Source: Psammoneis japonica
Taxonomy: Eukaryota
NCBI GenBank assembly: GCA_008632985.1
Contig: QPGO01000324.1
Coordinates: 1 to 54,573 of the forward strand
Direction of reading: 5' to 3'
Length of the DNA stretch: 54,573 nt
Shown: positions 36,170 through 47,649 of the stretch, piece by piece
How the letters are laid out: each line of letters starts with the position of its first letter
How positions within the stretch are numbered: position 1 is the stretch's first letter
Made by a program: the position numbers and the translations under genes
Notes under the pieces: model-generated
What the model was told of the DNA's origin: nothing
Database searches by the model: none
What the model saw: the letters and a program-made list of their open reading frames with translations, nothing else

Positions 36170-36731
36170 GTTGGAATTGTTGAACGACACACGAACTCGA
36201 CGTTACTCTGGAGTAGTTCTGCCCTGATTCAAGAAGATACTTGTGTAATTCACTCTGCAATTACACTGGTGCTGTAATAAACGGTGCTGACAATGACAAC
36301 GACGATGGTGCAACTTTAGAGGATGATTTTCATGGGCAACAAGATCATCTGCTGCATTGACGACGATCGCCGTCGAATGTTGTGGAAAGCAAAATCCTGT
36401 CCGTCGATGCGGTTTCCGTTGCGCAAACCCCAGACGATCGAAACGCGACGGGGCGACGGAGGGGTGTTCGATGTCGCGCATGTGTGTCGTGTGTGCGTGC
36501 AGTACTGATGCGTAGTGTGGGCTTGATTGGTGGGTTTTGAGGTTTACGGTAGCTTGAGGACTAACCTTACTCGGTTCGACAAAAGAACGCTATGCACTTC
36601 CAAGAGCAGTTTTGTAGTAATCAGCGTCTTTGACCAGAAGATTAGAATATTCAATGTAACTTCCTACACAATTATACATGACCGAACTAAGAATGAATCG
36701 ACTTTCCCAAGTACATGTCAATTCTCCCAGC

Positions 36732-37944
36732 TTACTCATCCACCGTCTCATCAATATCTTCCTCGTCGTCCACAAGATTGTCCAGCAATGAATCAATCTG
36801 TTCTTCCTCCGTCAAGTCGTCCTCTGGTTCATCCTCAGAATCCAGTTTTTTCAAAAGATCATCAAGCGACTCCATCTTTGGTTTGTCAATATTCTCCTTG
36901 TCCTTTTGAGACATGTCCGACAAGAGCGTTCCCGCGTACAAGTCCTTGATAAAGTCACCCTGCGCCGCCACAAAGCCATCAAACTCGGAAGGCTGTGTGA
37001 CCGCCCAATAACAAAACGAAAAGAACGCCACGGCAATCCCGATGCGGTACGGAAGCTGTCCCGGTTTGGTCTTTTCAAAGGAAATGCCCGGTTTGAACGA
37101 ATCCACAAAGTTGAGCGATTCGTCAAAGAGATTGGGGAGTAACCAGCACTCGTAACCAAAGATCCATACGCACAAAAAGACAAAGGCCCGAAACGCAATG
37201 AACGTGAATAAAAATATCATAAACGTCACCGACATGTACCACACAAACACTTTGAGAAAGTTGGGCCAAATCGGAAAACACGTGCAAAAGAGAAATCCCA
37301 CCAACAAGGCAGCGGTCATGAGGTGGCTGAATGTCTTGTTACCCTCGTACATCCATGTGAAATAGCCGCCTTCGTCAAACTCGCGGACTCGAGACACCTG
37401 AGAAAATTGGAGCAAAACATGATCGTCAAATTTTAGAAATGACATTCAAGGACCAAACATCAGAGACTAGGCTTCATTTGTAACCAGCATTCACGTACCA
37501 CAAGGTCCCCCTTTCCTCTCTTTTCAGAACGGTGCATGAACTGATATTTGCAGAGATCCTTGCAAACGTTAATGGCCTCCGTCCGAGATTCAAATCGAGG
37601 GAGGTCTTTCGGCCATTTGGTACCTTTCTTTGGTTCCACTAGAAAGTTCACCAATTTCTCTCCTGGTAGGAACAGAAAACAAAGCATAGGATGAAAAATA
37701 ATTTTGAGATTTGCGCATCGTACAGTCAAAACGTAACTACTATACTCGTACAACAACACGAGTCATTATAATATATTCTCTTACCCTTGAGATAGTACAC
37801 CCTCTTGTCCATCTCAATTGCCTCGCGAACCGCAGGACCTTCGTTGCTCCTCAAAAAATCACATAATTTTGCAAGATTCTCCGTATCCTCGTAAAACGAG
37901 ACGGGTTCTGCGTCTACCGTCGTTCCGTTTGTTTTTTCGGCCAT
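36732..37944 (-). CDS. SEC62: ER translocation protein SEC62 (exons 37944-37785, 37662-37499, 37397-36732)
   Basis: KRVYYLKGEKL, YFTWMYEG, CFPIWP, WLLPNLFDE...DSFKP, two TM helices; canonical splice sites. Confidence 0.92.
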
Positions 37945-38409
37945 GGTCTTGCGATTGGTTTTGTTTATTCGAATGACGATGGGACGCAATAAATGGAGGA
38001 CAAAAGACGTACGAAACGTAAGGAGAGCCACGTGTTTCGGTTTTGCGGCGCGATCGCGAGGTTGCTTGCGTCTTCAAGTAGAAATAAGAACCTTCAGATC
38101 TGAAGGTTATGTATGCAATCCATCGAGAAGAGAATTCGGAATCTTGCTTCCTGCGTTCAGAAAGTGCTGCCTTTTACGAGTGCACGAGTAGAGTGACGAC
38201 TTATTTCTAGCTACCGTACTATGATACTGTAGAGTTAAAATAGGGAGCAGAATGTAGTGGTAGATATCAAATATTCTACAAAGATCTATTCATAAAAATG
38301 CACGTCTTAAAGATCTCGTGCAACTTTGTGCAGTGATTGAGCAAAACCAAAAGTATGTACTGTACACACGCGTCAATAACCCAACCCTTCCTCTACTAAC
38401 TTCCCCGCC

Positions 38410-39877
38410 TCACTTGCTCTCTTTACAGTCGATCCAAAAAGGAGCTTCCCCGTTCTCCATAACAAACACCACCCCATTCTGTCGCAGGAAACGTCTAGTC
38501 TCTTCCAAATCTTGAAAGTACAGAGCCACTCGAAAGTACTCCACACTAATCGTGGGTCGGTATGCTGCAATGATGCGCTTGTACGCACCGAGGCGCACTC
38601 TCTTGACCAAAAAGTCCATGAGATAGGCCGATAAATGTGGAGCCGACTGGTAGAGACGAAAGAAGGCTCGGTAGTCATTGTGAATGACCGCATTGACCAC
38701 TTGAGTCGCGTGGCGACAGCTCAGAGAGCAGCGAGGGCTTCTCTGCGGATCCCTCGCGGCCAACTGTCCCTCACGATTGACAATGAGACGAGCGCTTTGG
38801 AGTTCTCTCGTGACATCCCCAGATGCATTCTGTACCAATGCATAGAGAAGGCGATACCCACCAAACTCGTCAGAGGCTTCTTCAGTCTGTTTGAGAATGG
38901 TCGAGTCCGACGAATTCGAGGCTGATGCCACGTCAATATCAGAATCAGTACCGGATCCTGTAACGCCGGTCGTGAGCGTTCGGATCATTGTTTGGCACTG
39001 ATTAAACTCGTTCAGATCGCCATGCTCTAATAAGATTCGAGCATGGGTTTCATATGCCTCAAGAACGAGGTCACACTGAAGCCCCTGCACCGTAATGTCC
39101 TGCCTCAGACTCTTTAGCTGCTCGTTGGCCCATTCAAAGTCTTCTGTCTTGACATAGCGACACTTGATATGGGCCAAGGACTTGGTCAATACTTCTAGTG
39201 GCCGAACATCCTCTGGTTTGGGAAAGGTAGTTAGTCTCAAATAGGGCTTTTCCAAATTCCGGCAGGTTCCAACGAGCCGAGAATCTTCACCGGAATCTTT
39301 GCAGGCTTTGGGATTTCCAACAGATCCTTCCTTCAAGTCAACCCGTGATGACGATAGCGGTGCTAATAGCGCCGAGGGAGGTCCATCCTCGGCAGGCAAG
39401 TTGCTAGAGAATCGTCTCTGTGAAAAAACAACACACAAAATGTGAGAACCCGTCTCGACCAATCACATTCAAGCGCGACGCAAAAAGCACGATACCTGTC
39501 GTTGCTTTCGACGTTCTTCTTCGTCGTTTGTTTGAGGAACGCTAAAGGGAACCTGTGGTCCTGATAAAATTGGACCGTTCTTTTTCCGTTTCACACCGAC
39601 AGTCCCTAAATCCGAATTGTACAGCGATGGGACTTCACCCATGGACGACGAGGTCCTCCGAGCCGAGAGCTCGGAACTCATAGAGGTAGGCTCTTGTTCC
39701 AAGCTCGTCGACAGAACTTCTTTTCTTCTGCTTCTTGCTGTTCTTCTTCTTCTTCGCCATGGCTTCTTCCTTTCGTTTCTGCTTTGGAGACTTGTAGCCA
39801 GACGTGTAGTACGAATGTTTGGTAAATTCAGACGATGACCGGTCCATCCCAGCAAGACCGTCTCCGAATAGTGGCAT
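38410..39877 (-). CDS. SAC3/GANP/THP3 (LENG8-like) PCI-domain protein; 5' exon structure uncertain
   Basis: VGTCRNLEKPYLRLT..PEDVRP, EQLKSLRQDITVQ, YETHARILLEHGDLNEFNQCQT, NDYRAFFRLY, YLMD, AYRPT. Confidence 0.85.
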
Positions 39878-40507
39878 TCTCCAATGATTATTCTTGGAAG
39901 CTTTTCTGTCAATCTTAAAGTACCACCAGACCTTTAATGTTACCGTATGTAGTGTTGATGAGCGCGTATGGGTGTTGTTCGCTCTGTTGCTATGAAGTAA
40001 CTGGGCTATTTCAATCTTCCTTCTGCATCGCAGGCACCTGTTCGTTTTCTGCGATGTTGGTTGTCACAAAATCAACGCAAAAGCGAGATCGTAGATCGTT
40101 CACGCGATGTTGAATGTGCGTGGAATCAACGAGGATTTCGTACCAGGATATTTAATATTTTTGAATTATAAGTACGAATATATTTTTAATATTCCATGTC
40201 GATTAAAACATATATACATGTATATACACATAACTATATAAAGAAAACGTATTCAGTCATGAAGCATATATACCAAAACTTCCCTCGACCTTGCAAAACA
40301 GGCAGACTCAATACGGTTTCAAGTGGCTCTTTGTGGACCAAGGCCGATGTCTTTTCTTTGGAATGCCGTCAGTTGACCCTGGTAGCTCGTCTTATTCGTC
40401 GTTGATGCAGGAGCTGCGACTGGCTGCATTGGTGAATCGTACTTTTTGAAGTAGGATACAGAAAAGAAACGAAAACTAAATCGAGCCATTTACACATTCT
40501 ACTGTTA

Positions 40508-40586
40508 GCAATCTCGTCGTGTCAAGACTAGAATGGCTGGGATCAGAACACCCAAACCACAAAGGTCCGTCATTAGCAAGTATTGC
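40508..40586 (-). promoter_or_regulatory. Candidate SECIS element in the msrA 3' UTR
   Basis: Minus strand: helix I GCAAU(A)CUUG/CGAGAUUGC, core AUGAC...UGAC, GGAC/GUCU pairing, apical mini-stem GGUUUGGG/CCCAGCC. It lacks the usual apical AA. Folded by eye. Confidence 0.6.
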
Positions 40587-40626
40587 AGAGCAGTGTCAAA
40601 ACATTGCTCATCTTTTCTTGATCTTT

Positions 40627-41275
40627 TTATCGTTGCCTCTTTGACAAGAAGTTTTGATGATATTCCTCTGCCCGATAGAATCTTGTAACTGGTTCGACAT
40701 CCAAATATACCTTTTGGCCTTGTGCTCCTGCTTCTATTGACTTTAAAGTGTCAAGCGCAATTGTCTCTTGCTCCTCGTTCAAGTACCAAATGGCGGATCT
40801 ATATTGAGTTTTTGACTTGGAGTACGGATAGTTGTGACGTGAATACTGGAAACACGGACATTATTTGAACAATGTAAGCAAAGCATTGGATTTGAAAACC
40901 AACACAAGAACTACGACATCATTTCGCAATTTCCCTCACCTCTACCAGCAAGTCTTCGTAGCTAATAATTTCCGGGTCAAACTCAATAAGAACCGCCTCG
41001 GTGTGATCCTTGATAGTTCGGTAAGTCGGATTCAATTCGTGACCTCCAGAGTATCCCACAACAACTCTTGCAACTCCTTTTACCTGCTGGAAACGAAGTT
41101 GCGGGCCCCTAAAGGACGATACAGTGAGATTCAGCTTTTTGAATGAATGCCGTGCACACCGTTGCACTCACCAGAATCACCCGAGTGCGACAATGCACAG
41201 CTCGTTCTTGGATGAAACCTTGGGCTTCAAGGGAAGCTCTGGGCACTCTTCTTTATTGCGGCCGCGTCCAAACAT
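40627..41275 (-). CDS. msrA: Peptide methionine sulfoxide reductase A, predicted selenoprotein (exons 41275-41172, 41108-40940, 40845-40627)
   Basis: The spliced frame reads ALG-TGA-FWGPQ..VVGYSGG..NPTY..DHTEAV..FDP..ISYEDLL..QYRSAIW..FYRAEEYHQNF. TGA (41179-41177) sits at the catalytic Cys position of GCFW. Confidence 0.92.
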
Positions 41276-41609
41276 GCTGAATTGGTCTGGTTTATGAGGT
41301 GACAACACTGCTTGTGTTACCCACAACAGACCTACCAGGAAACTGCTCGAGCTGTCGAGAAGGAACGAACTGGCGGCATGTTTCAGTCGCGTTTGTTGAT
41401 GGCGGTTTCTTTCGCGCAAGGATTTGAGTCCCGAATACTTCAGGAATCGTGACTAAATGTTTCGACTCATTCGACCGAGACGTCGATCTTTCTCGTGTTG
41501 TTGTGTGCTTTTTCTCGGCATGCTGGCGCTCAAAATGACGCTCGAGAGCCCACCGTCATCTCTACTTCACACAGGACCATTGGTAAAGTGGACAATAATA
41601 TAAGTCACC

Positions 41610-43665
41610 ATGGCGGATGATGCCAGAGCCCAGCGTGCTGCAGCACTTGAGGAGAAGAAGAGACGACTAGCAGAACTCAAAGCGCGTGGGGCTCGACGGA
41701 CTCGCCGAGCAGACGACAATAATGACTCCGGCGGCGCTGCAAAAGCTTCGTCAAATTTAGATGAGTACATTGATGGACTTCTCAAGGCACCGGCGGCAGC
41801 TGCTCCCGTAGTAAAAACGGCAGTAGAAAATGGTAGTACTGAACCAGCTTTGGTAGAAGAGAGTAAGCCAAAGGATGAAACAAAAGCAACAGAGAACGGT
41901 GACGATAATGTTATCGCGGTAGCCAAGCCTCCTTCACCGGTGCCTCCGGTGAAAACGGTCGAGACATTCACTGCGGGAACTCAAACTGAAGAAGATGATT
42001 TTCCTCCGGAATCAGATGTCGGTGACGACGATCAAGCGGAAGAGATCGAGAAAGACGCCAACAAAGAAAGTGCGGCTTCTGCTGAACAGGTTGAAGAGGC
42101 AAAAGAGGAATTAGCACCTGCAAAGGTTCTTTCTCCCGAAGAAGCGGAAGCAGAGGTATCGTCGGAGCCGTTTTCTTCCTTTCTGAATACGGCATCTAAA
42201 AAAGTGGAGCGGGTGCTGGGTACTCCGGTGTTGGCTGATTTGTTGGTGAATTATGTGGGCGAAACGGACGGCGATGAACCGACTGAAAAAGCTGCAGACG
42301 CAAGCCGATTCATATCTGCACGTCAGGTTTATGAATGCGCCAAATGGAGTGCGACCCGTGATGTGACGGATATGGACTGGTCGCCGCTTCATCGTGAACT
42401 TATGCTCTCGAGTTATCACATGCAATCGTCTTCTGGAGCGGCCTTGTCGGCAGGATCCGCCGCACTCTCGGCCGTGTCACCCGACGACACGCCTTCGGCG
42501 TCACTCGCACCTCGCAGTGGAGAGCTACAGTCTGATGGATTGGCACTGTTTGGAGTCTTGCCATGCCGAGTCGGCCCGAGCATATTTTCACATGCGGTAG
42601 TCCAGTTTTGAAAGCGCGTTTTCATCCTACCGAAGCGCCGTTGCTTATTGGTGGGTGTCATAGCGGACAACTCGTTGTATGGGATATCCGTGCGGGACGA
42701 TTGCCAGTGCAAAGATCTAGTCTTACTACTGTCGCGAGTGCAAAAGGACATGCGCATCCAATCTGTTCCATGGAAATTGTCGAGGGTGGCGTAAGTATCT
42801 CTCCTGGTCAACTGCTCCCGAAAATACTATATGTTGCGCTTTTGGGGGCTGACTCCTATTTTCCCCTCCTTTTCCCTCTTCTTACAAAAAGTCGGGTTTA
42901 GTAACAGCAGCAACGGATGGACGAGTAAATTTCTGGTCGCTTGCCAATCTTCGCGATGCGGCCGAGTCGTTGCAGGTTGCAGGAAATATTTCGTGTCTTT
43001 CGGTAGCTCCAGAAAGCAACACTCTTGTCTGTGGAGACGAAAATGGTTCCATCCACACAATTCAGTCTTCCTCTGGTGGTGGCGCTCAGCAGCGTGCCGC
43101 TCGTAGACCAGTCCGTACACTCGAGGTGGAAGATGGTGAGGGGCACTTTGGCATGGTGACGGCCCTTTCAACCAAATCGCTCAAGAGTGCCAACGCCAGT
43201 CGAGCGGGATTGTCCAAGGGATTTTTGCGCGGATCGGGTGGACTTGTCTTGTCTTCAGGTGTTGATTGGACTACCAAATTATGGGCACCGGCTTATTCGG
43301 ACAAGCCCCTCCTCAGTTTTGTCAGTCATTCTTATGATTACATGTGCGATGTCCAATGGAATCCGACTCACCCAGCACTGTTTGCGACAGCATCAAGCAA
43401 TGGAAGCATGGGACTCTGGAATCTTGCCACCTCTCTCGATGAACCCATGAGCGGGTCAGAAGGTATTGTGGTGGAGCCGGATGCGGGTTCTGGTCGCGGT
43501 TTGAACAAGCTCAAGTGGTCCGCCGATGGACGGCGCATCCTTGCAGCATCCGCCGATAGGGTCCACGTGCTTAACATGTCAGAGGATGCACTTCGACACA
43601 AGGGCGATGAGGACAAACGAATGATGAGCAATCTGTTGTCGAGAGGTCTTTTGGAACATGAGTAA
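41610..43665 (+). CDS. Cytoplasmic dynein intermediate chain (WD40); intron 42791-42891; apparent 1-nt frameshift near 42547
   Basis: N-terminal LEEKKRRLAELK, GTQT light-chain motif, ASKKVERVL, RDVTDMDWSPLHRELML, SGQLVVWD.R, GHAHPI, DGRVNFWS, GHFGMVT, DWTTKLW, DVQWNPTHPALFA. Confidence 0.9.
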
Positions 43666-43722
43666 AACTACTGTGAACTTGTAGTAGCCTACGATAGAAA
43701 TGGTTTACTTTATAACCGCTCT

Positions 43723-44218
43723 CTAGAATTGAACTTTGTTCTCTTCATACTCTCTAACTAATTCAGCAGCGCGGTTCTCATATCTTGACACAACCTGCAC
43801 TGGATCTTCTCCATTAAAAATATCCTCGTCTTGTGTCTCTGCGCTCGGACCACTTGCAGTGGGAACATCAGCAAGCCGAGTGGATAGGAAAAACGGAATG
43901 TCCTGCGCATTCGCCGTGCTCTGTTTCGGCAAGTATACAAAGTGTTCCATCACATCCTCAATACTTCGATCTAAATTCCCTGCTTGATTCTTTATCAAAG
44001 ATTAGATAGAAACACGTGAGACTTACGACGACAATAGCGGATGCGTGTAGTATTATACAACAACGCACCAGTGCAGCATTCAATCTCCCCAACATTGTAG
44101 GCCAGTCTTCGCCTCGGGGCATTCGTAGTATTTGATCCCATCTGTATAAGTTGTCCCTAAGGATTGTTGCTGGATGTACAAAGGCCTGTTGTTGCTGCAA
44201 ACTATGTCGGTCCGACAT
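43723..44218 (-). CDS. Mediator subunit 8-like protein; intron 44068-43990
   Basis: The spliced product has DWPTMLGRLNAAL-NQ..LDRSI..MEHFVYLP..DIPFFLSTRL, resembling the Med8 WP..L..F/V.P/P..L.TKL pattern. Confidence 0.6.
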
Positions 44219-44409
44219 GGTGATGAAGCTGTATGTTGGCGATTGTGTGATGTGTGATGCGGTTTTCTGGTTTTCTTCGCTATTTTGGAATTTATCATCG
44301 TGTAATTGAATAAGTCAAATCTTATTTTGTTTTATTTACTGTCAAATTTGTTATGGACCTCGAACACCCAACATGAAAAAAAAACTCATCAAAAAATTGC
44401 GGTGGCAAC

Positions 44410-46115
44410 ATGACGAGCAACGGGAGCGACGGTACAAGCAAAGAGAATGTGTCTCGTCGGATGCAACCAAAATTTATAGTGTCAAAGTTCATGGTGGCTA
44501 TAACTGTCATCAGACTAGCAGTAATTTTTTGGAAAGCGTCGTCTTTTTTTGGTTTGCCACAATGCTTTCTGATGAGGCCCGCTTTGCAGTCTCTCATTAT
44601 TCGCCCCAACGACACTCTTGAGCATGCCATGGAGGGTTATGCGATCCAAGAACTATCAACGGATAATAGACTTCAAGACGCTTATCAAGGATCTCGTCTG
44701 CATCTTCCACCGCTTGTCTACATGGTGCTGAGGCGAATACTACTTTATTCTCTGGATCATGGACTTTGGATTTGATGTGGGGTATATTTTGCTTGTCATT
44801 GACTTTTTTGTTGCTTCGAGTTGGAAAGAATAGGATTGAATCTTTTACAGACTCTTGATAAACGAGAAGAAAGTTTGCAGCGAAGAATGCCTGCCACTAT
44901 AAAACCACCACGTGCTCACATCTTTGGAACCTACATCACCTCGGTTCACCTGACAATAACAGGCCGCAAGCAACGTCCTCAAGCGATGACGAACTTGGTG
45001 AAGAACTGTACACAGACGAATCGCCATTGATATCCATGTCAGATGCGCCGATTCTTGCTGCCTTTTTCTATTACGGCAATCCGGTATCAATTTTAGCAAG
45101 CGGGGTGTTTTGTTCGTTTCAAAATGTGTGGTATCTTTGCTTGCTGCTTGCTGTGGGACAAGCCTACTTTTCGAATCGATCCGTATCTACATCAGCATTT
45201 TGGCTTGCCGTCTTGGTTCATGTCGATATTTATTCTCTCGTGTATCTGGCGCCCTTGTTCGTAATGGCATCAAAGACGGAGAAGGTCGGAACCCTGTCGG
45301 TAAGAGTATTATTTATGTAAGAGTACTTGTTGATCTCGGATGGAAATTCTCAACTCTTACATCATTTCACTTACCGGTCCCATTCATAGTTTTAATTGGA
45401 TTCTTTTTGTTGTGGAGCGTCAGCCTCCAAGTTTTATCCTTTGTCTTGATCGGAGATGCATGGTGGCACATTATCAGATCGACGACTGGTCATACACTGG
45501 GATGGTACGATCTCGGCCCGAATCTTGGCATGCAATGGTATTTGTGCATGCAAATGTTCCAAAGGTTCCGCCTCTACTTTGTTATAATGGTCAATGGTCT
45601 ATCATATCTCTTTGTTGTACCCTTGGCAGTGCGATTTCATCGATATCCAATTGCTCTGGTGAGAAAACAACAGGAGTTTGTACATAAATGCTTTCTGTGA
45701 TTGGGTGTTGTCTCACTGTGTTGCGCCACCTTTTTTTTGGTTTATCAATGATTGTAGATTGCATCCTTGTGGTCGGTTGGACGCTGTTCCGACCGGTACC
45801 CACACTGCACGACTTTGTTTTTGGCCTTTGCTTGATGCTGTTGTCTACTCGAACGCTGGCACGAATGTCCATGGCGTCCTTGGTGGCATGCTGTGCAATT
45901 TCTGTTCCCATTATACTTACGTGTTGGATTACTGGTTATGGCTGAGACTGCCTCAGGTAACCAAACTACCTCTACTTCCAATGCCTTGCATACAATGTAT
46001 TTGTGGGGACTCTATTCTTAGACTTTTGCTCTTCGACTATGAAGAGAGACAAGGCTCTCCGCTCATGGAGAAACCTGTGACAGCAGCACCAACCCAACAG
46101 CCGGAAAACAGCTAA
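44410..46115 (+). CDS. PIGU: GPI transamidase subunit PIG-U/Gab1, multi-exon with several apparent frameshifts
   Basis: YQGSRLHLPPL, FYYGNPVSILAS, DLGPNLGMQWYLCMQMFQRFRLYF, LFRPVPTLHD, WL..SGN.NYLYFQCL. Exact exon ends uncertain. Confidence 0.82.
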
Positions 46116-46239
46116 AATAGTACTACAATACTCTAGAGAATAGACTCTTTAGGGGAATTCTTTGTTCTTATCTCCATGGTATCTGCCCGAACTCTAATTA
46201 TACGGTGGTACTGTTCACGTACGTACTGTGGAAGATGAC

Positions 46240-47247
46240 TCATCTCTGTTCTTTCATTTCCTCGGTACCACCCCACCCACATATCTCTGGTTTGTTTGTC
46301 AAGAACAAGAACAACACATTTGGATTATTGGTCGAGTTTGCCAAAACATTGGGCCACAATGCAAACGGTGTTTTGTCCTTGCGGAGCAGATAGCGTCCGG
46401 CACTGTTCCAAGCTAAGTAGCAATTCATCTCCGGTTGCATGGTATTGTATGGAGTAGTCACATCTGTTAACGAATACGAAGCCTCTCCAATTTCCTGCGA
46501 CGTTGTCGTTAGGCTCCTACATTGCCGTAAAAAGAGTGTTCTCAAGTTTGTCAGTGCCTGCAGCACGACTATTGGGATCTCCGTTAGTTGGGTGCATCCA
46601 TGAAGCTGCAACATTTCCAGGCTTGCAAGTGACTCAAGCTCCATTGGTAGCTCTGTAATGCTAGAACAAAGACTTAGATCCAACACTTCAAGATTTTCCA
46701 GATTCCCAATGGCTCCTGGCAACTCTTCAAGATGCGTACAGCCACTCAATCGCAACTCTCGCAAATTGGTCAAAAGACCAATTTCATTCGGAAGACAGGT
46801 CAATCCCCAACAACCAATCAGGTTAAGCGAAAACAGCTCGTAGAGATCTCCGATTTCTCTCGGTAGCTGTGCAAGGGACCTGCATCCTGGCAAATACAAC
46901 TCTCCTAATTCTTGCAATTGTCCAATCTCCGGAGGCAGTTGCTCGAGATTTGTGCAACGAATGATACGCAGTTCATGAAGTAGTTGCAATTGACCGATTT
47001 CTGGAGGCACGCGAATAAGATTCTCACACTCGCATACGCTAAAACGAACGAGTCGAGTCAACATGCCAATTTCGTGCGGCAATTCAATCAAAGCGTCGCA
47101 TCGGTTCAAGGTGATGACTCTCGCCGCTGTGAAACTTTCATGGCCACTTTCGATTTCAGCATGGCGTCTCACATCTTCTTGCGTTCGCCCAGATGCCTGA
47201 GAAAGTGCTTGGAGAACTCGATCAGAAGGATCCATCTCAGTTTCCAT
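46240..47247 (-). CDS. Leucine-rich repeat protein (24-aa repeats)
   Basis: About 8 LPxEIGxLxxLxxLxLxxC repeats; C-terminal YLAWNSAGRYLL..LWPNVL..VLFLFL tail. Confidence 0.9.
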   Translation of the reverse strand: METEMDPSDRVLQALSQASGRTQEDVRRHAEIESGHESFTAARVITLNRCDALIELPHEIGMLTRLVRFSVCECENLIRVPPEIGQLQLLHELRIIRCTNLEQLPPEIGQLQELGELYLPGCRSLAQLPREIGDLYELFSLNLIGCWGLTCLPNEIGLLTNLRELRLSGCTHLEELPGAIGNLENLEVLDLSLCSSITELPMELESLASLEMLQLHGCTQLTEIPIVVLQALTNLRTLFLRQCRSLTTTSQEIGEASYSLTDVTTPYNTMQPEMNCYLAWNSAGRYLLRKDKTPFALWPNVLANSTNNPNVLFLFLTNKPEICGWGGTEEMKEQR

Positions 47248-47649
47248 CTCGTTATGAAGTACCGGCTACATCCACAGTACCGGTGCTGCAGCTATGGGCT
47301 GTGGGTGCGGGACGCCGTACAAATCACGTAGAAACGAATTTCCGTAGATCAAAACGAGAGTTACCTCATTCGATAGAGGCTATTATGAGGTGCATGGGAC
47401 GTACTGTAACCTTTTCATTGGCTTTGTATTTGTCGAGATCGAGAGCGATGAAGTGACCGCCATTTTCCCGTACTTCACCGTGTAATCACGACTGAAAATT
47501 TTCGATTTTTTTTTTGCACGATGACTCGTTTGTAGTTTTGCCGAATGTTGTTGCGGCTTTTGTGACGCCAACAGTGACCGACAACAAAAGTAGAAGCCAT
47601 CACGTCTCCTATGATGTATCTACCATGTCAACTGACACTATGCTAGTTG

